A stretch of DNA of 54,277 nt from a virus. The stretch lies in the IMG/VR virus record IMGVR_UViG_3300014208_001418; one strand, written 5' to 3'. Position 1 is the first letter of the stretch; the number at the start of each line of letters is the position of its first letter. A model generated the notes under the pieces. It saw nothing but the letters and a program-made list of their open reading frames with translations, ran no database searches and was not told the DNA's origin. This document shows positions 49,442 to 54,277 of the stretch, in pieces. Made by a program: the position numbers and the translations under genes.

Positions 49442-49900
49442 ATGATCCTAAAAGTAACAAAAGCAGATTATAATGATATAATTCATTTGATGGAAACAAA
49501 TAAAGATGTATTTTCGACTGCTGAAATCAGATCAGCAAAACACTTTCTTGAAAACTCAGAAGATGTGAGTTTTTATAAACGAGTAGATACTGCTACAAAT
49601 ATATTGGCGTGTGGCGGATTCAATCCTTGCAGGGAATCAGATAGCGCATTCGAATTATGTTATCTTGTAGTGCACGGAGATTATCAAGGCATGGGAATAG
49701 GAACGAGATTATATAACTATATAGAACGGAAAATAATAGCCTTAAACGGTAAATTGATACTTGCGGAAGCGGGAAGCAAAGAGAAAAACGAGATGTTTTA
49801 TAAAAAGCAAGGTTTTAAAATCGCAGGAATAATTCCTAGATTTTACAGTCCGAAAAAAGATTTAATCCAGTATTATAAAGTCCTAAAAGATAAAACATGA
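49442..49900 (+). CDS. GNAT acetyltransferase
   Basis: V..DYQGMGIG; FYKKQGF. Confidence 0.92.
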   Translation: MILKVTKADYNDIIHLMETNKDVFSTAEIRSAKHFLENSEDVSFYKRVDTATNILACGGFNPCRESDSAFELCYLVVHGDYQGMGIGTRLYNYIERKIIALNGKLILAEAGSKEKNEMFYKKQGFKIAGIIPRFYSPKKDLIQYYKVLKDKT

Positions 49901-52900
49901 AACTATCTATAACGCATATTGATTACAAAAACAGTAATTATTCTACTCCTACGCTTCGTATTTTTGGCAGAGATGAAAACGGTAAACGTGCAATCAAATA
50001 TGCATCAGGTAAGTTCCCTTATTTTTATGCTAAGGCAGATGAAATCTTCGGAATAACCGATAATCGTATCCTTCGCTACGAGAACGCTCCACCAACTCTT
50101 TACGGTGACAAAGTAGTTCGAGTAGTATGCACTAATCCAAATGAAGTGGCGGGCAATCAAGAAAATCATTTTTATGTTCGTGACAACTTTAAATGGTTAG
50201 GCGAATCAGACGTTCTCTTTGCTTCCCGAGCTAAAATAGACCACAAGCTCTCAGGCATTATCGAAACTCCAGAAAAAGACTTCATCACCCTCAAAGATAT
50301 AAAGCCCTCATCAGCTAAAATAAAACTTCGTTCTCACTTCCTTGATATTGAAGCAGTAGGCGGTTCAATCCAAGACATTATCAAAGGAAGATCCCTAATC
50401 CCCTGTCTCACCGTCTACGATACTTACCTAAACACCTATTTCCTCTTCACCACAATCCCACTATCCCAGCGTGACATCGAAACCATAAAACAAAAACTTC
50501 ACGACTTCTGGACCACTTCTCTTGAAAAACTCAAAGCCTCAATTCCTCTCGAACAAGAAGAGGAAAAACGTAAAAAACTCGAAAAGCAAGTCAAATATCT
50601 TGAAAAGAACCTAACTCGCATCCTAGCTTTTAAAATCTCCGTAAAATCCGCCCCCTCCGAATCTCAGATGTTTATAGATTACCTCTCCTTCGTAACCCAA
50701 AATCGTCCTGATGTTCGTTGTGGCTGGAATTCCGTTAAATTCGATGATCCTGCCATAATAAATCGCATGAAAACCCTAAATCTTCCATTCCAGCAACTCT
50801 CTGACGTGGGAGAAGCTTTCATCTCAAAACGTGATGACTGCAATATCTCAGGCGTAGTATTAATGGATTTGATGGATCGTTACGTTAAGCTCCAGCCCGC
50901 TACACCCTCTCATCGTTCTCTCGACTTCATCTCGAAAAAAGAACTTGGAGTCGGCAAACTCATCGCAGGTGGTCATGAACTCTACTCATCTGATCCCGTA
51001 ACCTATCTAGCTTATAACATAGTCGATGTAATGCTAACTGTAGAACTTGACAACCTTCTTCACATAATCGACTTTTATGTAGAAATAGCAAACCTGACCA
51101 ACTCCAACTTAAACGAAACCTCTCGCTCCACCTATATCGACAATCTTATCCTAACCTACTGTAACAACCTTTACGTTCTTCCAACTCGTTCCAAAATCGA
51201 AGGAAAGAAAATGTCAGGAGCCGTAGTCTATTCTCCTACACCCGGACTCCATAAAAACGTTATCCTTCTTGACTTCAAAGGCATGTATCCCAGTATCATG
51301 TCCTCATTAAACATCTCGCCTGAAACTAAATCTCTCACAGGGGATATAATAGCCGCAAATGGGATTCGTTTCGATTCTACTAAAATCGGTATCATCCCTT
51401 TCATCTTGCAAGACTTAGATTCAAGAAGGAATGAACTCAAGAAATTAAAAAAGGAAGCTGAAGATGCTAATGACTTAGAAACGGCTCATGAATATGATCT
51501 AAAACAGAGCGCAGTAAAGATAATATCTAACGCTTTCTACGGGGTCCAAGGTTATTCCAAGTTTAGATTAGCAGATTCGGAAGTTGGAGACAGTGTAACC
51601 TCCACAGGTCGTATGTTATCTACATCTACAAAAGCATTTGTAGAAGGTTTGGGGCATAAAGTAAAAGTTGTATATGGTGATAGTGTAACAAAAAACACAA
51701 GCATTTGGATAAAAAATAAATCAGGAGAAATATATCAAGAAAACATAGAGAATCTATTTAAAACTATAGACTATCGTGATGGGGATAAAGAATATGATTT
51801 TTTGGAAGACTTAAAAACATTGACGATTAATGATATAGATGGTAAATCAGTGTGGAAATCTATAAAATATGTCATGCGTCATAAAACTAATAAACAAATA
51901 AAAAAGGTAACTGCGGGTAAGTTTAGTAGTATTTGTGTGACTGAAGACCATTCTTTAATGGGATATGTGTCTACCAGAAGACTTTTAAAATATAATAAGA
52001 GTAGAATTGCTGAAGTGAAACCGGATGATATAGGCAAAAGATGCAATTCTTTAATAACTATAAAATATATTCCTAGAGATATCATCGAAACTAAAAATTA
52101 TCCCAAAGAATTATATCAGCTTTTGGGATTTTTTGTAGGCGATGGTTCATATAGATATACTTGTCCAAATAAGAACGGTATTAAAACTTTCAATTCTATA
52201 GGTTTGTCTTGTGGAATAGACACAAAAAATATCATTGATAAATTGCTGATTCCATTGAAAAATATGGGATATGTCAATCACTTTTGGGAAAATGAAAAAA
52301 ATAGCAATAATGGAAATTTGCAGGTTAACGGGAAAATCGTAAGATTATTAGATGATTTCAAAAATAGTCAAAATAAAAAGATTATTCCAGAATGGGTACT
52401 AAAAGAAACCCAACAGAATTTATCATATTTTTTAGGTGGTATATTTGAATCTGATGGTTGTATATCTAGACAAAGTAAAAATGATAAAAATTCGGCAATA
52501 GCATTCTCTAATACGAATACTGAAATTTTAGAATCTATACAAAAATGTTTATGGTTCATAGGAGTACCTTCTTCTATATATCTTCATAACGGGGGAAGTC
52601 AAAATGGTATGATTTCACTTATAAACGGTAGACAAGTTTTAAGTAAACTACAGTTATATGATTTGTTCATTAAGAGTACTTTCCTTTTTAAAAAACGAAT
52701 AGAGTTTATAACAGATAGAAAACAAACTCGATTAACTGAACATAATCTTTCTTTGAAAGGAAAGAAAAATGTTACAAATATGGAATATGATTATTCTAAT
52801 AAAATAAAAGTAGAAAATATTGACTATGATGACTATGTTTATGATATTGAAGTAGAAGACACTCATACATTCTTTGCAAATGGATTCTTAGCTCACAACA

Positions 52901-53778
52901 CTGACTCACTTTTCATAGAAGTTTTAGAAAATAACATGACCTATGATCAAATCAATGCTCTTTCCAAAATCCTAGTCGATAAAATAAACGAATTCCTTCC
53001 CAAGCTCCTCAAAGAAAAATTCAATACCGATACTTGTTATTGCAAAATCGAAGCTGACGCCCCATATCACAAACTCGTAATGCTCCCAAAAAAGACAATC
53101 GGCAAAGACGAAGAAGAAACCCAAGCAAAAAAACGCTATGCCGCCTACAAGTGGACTGGAGAAAACAAATTCGAGTTCAAAGCAAAAGGCCTAGAATATG
53201 TCAAAGGCAATACAGCAGACATCACCCGTTATACCCAAGAAAAACTCTTAAAATACATCCTCGACTCAACCGATCTCTCCATAATAACAAAATTCCTCAA
53301 ATCTCTACATACTGACTTCTTTAATGAAGCCTTCCCCATCGAAAAAATCGGCAAACCCTCCTCCATACGTAAACCCCTCTCTGAATACGCCTCAGACATA
53401 CCCATAAAACGTGCTGCTCTCTTCTCCAATCGTTACCTCAACACCGAATTCGAAGAAGGTTCCTCTTTCATCCTCTTCTACCTCCAAAATGCCCGCACAG
53501 ACGTAATCGCCTTAAATTACGGAGAAGTTCTCCCTCCTGAATATCATATCGACATGAATATGACTTGGGAAAAGCTCGTAGTCTCTCCAACTGAAACAAT
53601 CCTTCAAACCCGTAACCTTAAATGGGACGACATCATTAACGGCATCCGTAACATTGAAATGACCTCTGATGTTCTCTCTGAATCAAAAGGACTTCCTCCC
53701 ATAATCATCGAATCCCATTCCCCGAAACAATCCCCAAAACCTCTTACTCCCATCGAAGAATACGACCTCTTCGCATAA
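49897..53778 (+). CDS. polB: Family B DNA polymerase with proofreading exonuclease and intein
   Basis: DIE, WNS..FD, YN..D, DFKGMYPS, K..SN..YG, YGD|TDS, KKRY. Confidence 0.97.
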   Translation: MKLSITHIDYKNSNYSTPTLRIFGRDENGKRAIKYASGKFPYFYAKADEIFGITDNRILRYENAPPTLYGDKVVRVVCTNPNEVAGNQENHFYVRDNFKWLGESDVLFASRAKIDHKLSGIIETPEKDFITLKDIKPSSAKIKLRSHFLDIEAVGGSIQDIIKGRSLIPCLTVYDTYLNTYFLFTTIPLSQRDIETIKQKLHDFWTTSLEKLKASIPLEQEEEKRKKLEKQVKYLEKNLTRILAFKISVKSAPSESQMFIDYLSFVTQNRPDVRCGWNSVKFDDPAIINRMKTLNLPFQQLSDVGEAFISKRDDCNISGVVLMDLMDRYVKLQPATPSHRSLDFISKKELGVGKLIAGGHELYSSDPVTYLAYNIVDVMLTVELDNLLHIIDFYVEIANLTNSNLNETSRSTYIDNLILTYCNNLYVLPTRSKIEGKKMSGAVVYSPTPGLHKNVILLDFKGMYPSIMSSLNISPETKSLTGDIIAANGIRFDSTKIGIIPFILQDLDSRRNELKKLKKEAEDANDLETAHEYDLKQSAVKIISNAFYGVQGYSKFRLADSEVGDSVTSTGRMLSTSTKAFVEGLGHKVKVVYGDSVTKNTSIWIKNKSGEIYQENIENLFKTIDYRDGDKEYDFLEDLKTLTINDIDGKSVWKSIKYVMRHKTNKQIKKVTAGKFSSICVTEDHSLMGYVSTRRLLKYNKSRIAEVKPDDIGKRCNSLITIKYIPRDIIETKNYPKELYQLLGFFVGDGSYRYTCPNKNGIKTFNSIGLSCGIDTKNIIDKLLIPLKNMGYVNHFWENEKNSNNGNLQVNGKIVRLLDDFKNSQNKKIIPEWVLKETQQNLSYFLGGIFESDGCISRQSKNDKNSAIAFSNTNTEILESIQKCLWFIGVPSSIYLHNGGSQNGMISLINGRQVLSKLQLYDLFIKSTFLFKKRIEFITDRKQTRLTEHNLSLKGKKNVTNMEYDYSNKIKVENIDYDDYVYDIEVEDTHTFFANGFLAHNTDSLFIEVLENNMTYDQINALSKILVDKINEFLPKLLKEKFNTDTCYCKIEADAPYHKLVMLPKKTIGKDEEETQAKKRYAAYKWTGENKFEFKAKGLEYVKGNTADITRYTQEKLLKYILDSTDLSIITKFLKSLHTDFFNEAFPIEKIGKPSSIRKPLSEYASDIPIKRAALFSNRYLNTEFEEGSSFILFYLQNARTDVIALNYGEVLPPEYHIDMNMTWEKLVVSPTETILQTRNLKWDDIINGIRNIEMTSDVLSESKGLPPIIIESHSPKQSPKPLTPIEEYDLFA
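51682..52899 (+). mobile_element. Intein (406 aa) with LAGLIDADG endonuclease in PolB motif C
   Basis: YGD|SVT...TEDHS...LLGFFVGDG...FLGGIFESDG...AHN|TDS. Confidence 0.95.
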
Positions 53779-53814
53779 CAACATTTAAATACTAATACAT
53801 TACTACTACTTCTT

Positions 53815-53943
53815 ATGGACAGAAAAACTTCTTCTCAATCTAAAATAGTCTGGAGCGATCTCGATAACTATTGGTCAACTCAATATGAAATAGACTATCA
53901 AATTCCAGTATCCGAATATAAAAATCCAAATATACCTTACTAA
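53815..53943 (+). CDS. 42-aa hypothetical peptide
   Basis: Leaderless, ~31 nt after a TATA box. Confidence 0.4.
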   Translation: MDRKTSSQSKIVWSDLDNYWSTQYEIDYQIPVSEYKNPNIPY

Positions 53944-53951
53944 AGCAAACT

Positions 53952-53978
53952 CTTAAATACTTTGTAGTAGTAGTAGCA
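53952..53978 (+). promoter_or_regulatory. TATA-(GTA)n promoter (representative of 13 copies)
   Basis: CTTAAATACTTTGTAGTAGTAGTAGCA upstream of the tRNA. Confidence 0.75.
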
Positions 53979-53994
53979 TTATGTTAAACAAGTT

Positions 53995-54135
53995 AGTCCC
54001 TTAGTGTAGAGGTCTATCATTTCGGCCTTTGATGATCGGTAAGTATGTCGAAATAGTAAATATATGACTATACAGAATATTCGACACACTGATCAAAGTA
54101 AGCCGAAGACGGCTGTTCGAATCAGTCAGGGACTA
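53995..54135 (+). tRNA. tRNA-Gln(UUG) with 68-nt BHB intron (54033-54100) at 37/38
   Basis: AGTCCCT/AGGGACT acceptor stem, TCGGC/GCCGA anticodon stem, TTCGAAT T-loop, CTTT-GAT/AAAG-TAA BHB; no encoded CCA. Confidence 0.95.
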
Positions 54136-54157
54136 TTTAATTTATATCAGGAAAAAC

Positions 54158-54277
54158 ATGTCAAGAAAAATATCAGGATACAAATTCGCACCTCATAATT
54201 TAGCAAGAATTCCTAAAGTAGTCCCCCTTCTTCAGCAACGCCTAAGCATTCCTGAAATAACAAAGCAAACTGGAGTA
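54158..54277 (+). CDS. Partial ORF, probable HTH protein (truncated by the window edge)
   Basis: LLQQRLSIPEITKQTGV. Confidence 0.5.
   Translation, partial: MSRKISGYKFAPHNLARIPKVVPLLQQRLSIPEITKQTGV

Noticed and set aside
29082-53429. Many short minus-strand ORFs in the track
   Set aside because: Shadows of long + strand genes, with no RBS, promoter or motifs
1-54277. Borg element, or complete circular/terminally repeated genome
   Set aside because: No perfect tandem-repeat arrays or terminal repeats seen; ends do not overlap and the last ORF is truncated
1-54277. Alternative genetic code
   Set aside because: Conserved genes are intact under the standard code; only one isolated internal TGA

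Overview
AT-rich, gene-dense fragment of an archaeal virus-like or extrachromosomal element, almost entirely + strand. The host is probably Methanosarcinales (Methanoperedens-like), inferred from surface-protein motifs, an NrdH/NrdD pair, archaeal TATA promoters and a BHB-intron tRNA. The left part (1-24 kb) is a membrane/envelope module: many signal-peptide proteins with C-terminal anchors, LamG/PEGA adhesins, a CPBP intramembrane protease, a candidate major structural protein, and a 570-aa protein (10181-11893) that matches the archaeal HAP2/GCS1-like fusogen Fsx1 motif by motif. The right part (24-54 kb) holds small early-type genes and a replication/nucleotide module (PolB and NrdD with inteins, NrdH, QueD, SSB-like, AAA ATPase, clamp-like, RFC, fused primase, ERCC4 and PD-(D/E)XK nucleases, NADAR, ART-like, GNAT) plus tRNA-Gln(UUG). 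These are preceded by a recurrent TATA-(GTA)n promoter. No capsid, terminase, portal, integrase, helicase or VirB4-type ATPase is recognisable in the window. Top observations: a fusexin on an apparently self-replicating element; a non-tRNA bulge-helix-bulge hairpin predicted to release a circular RNA; hairpin sRNA candidates with anti-Shine-Dalgarno-like loops; and endonuclease insertions that supply recoded replacement gene ends. All homology calls are by eye, with no searches run.
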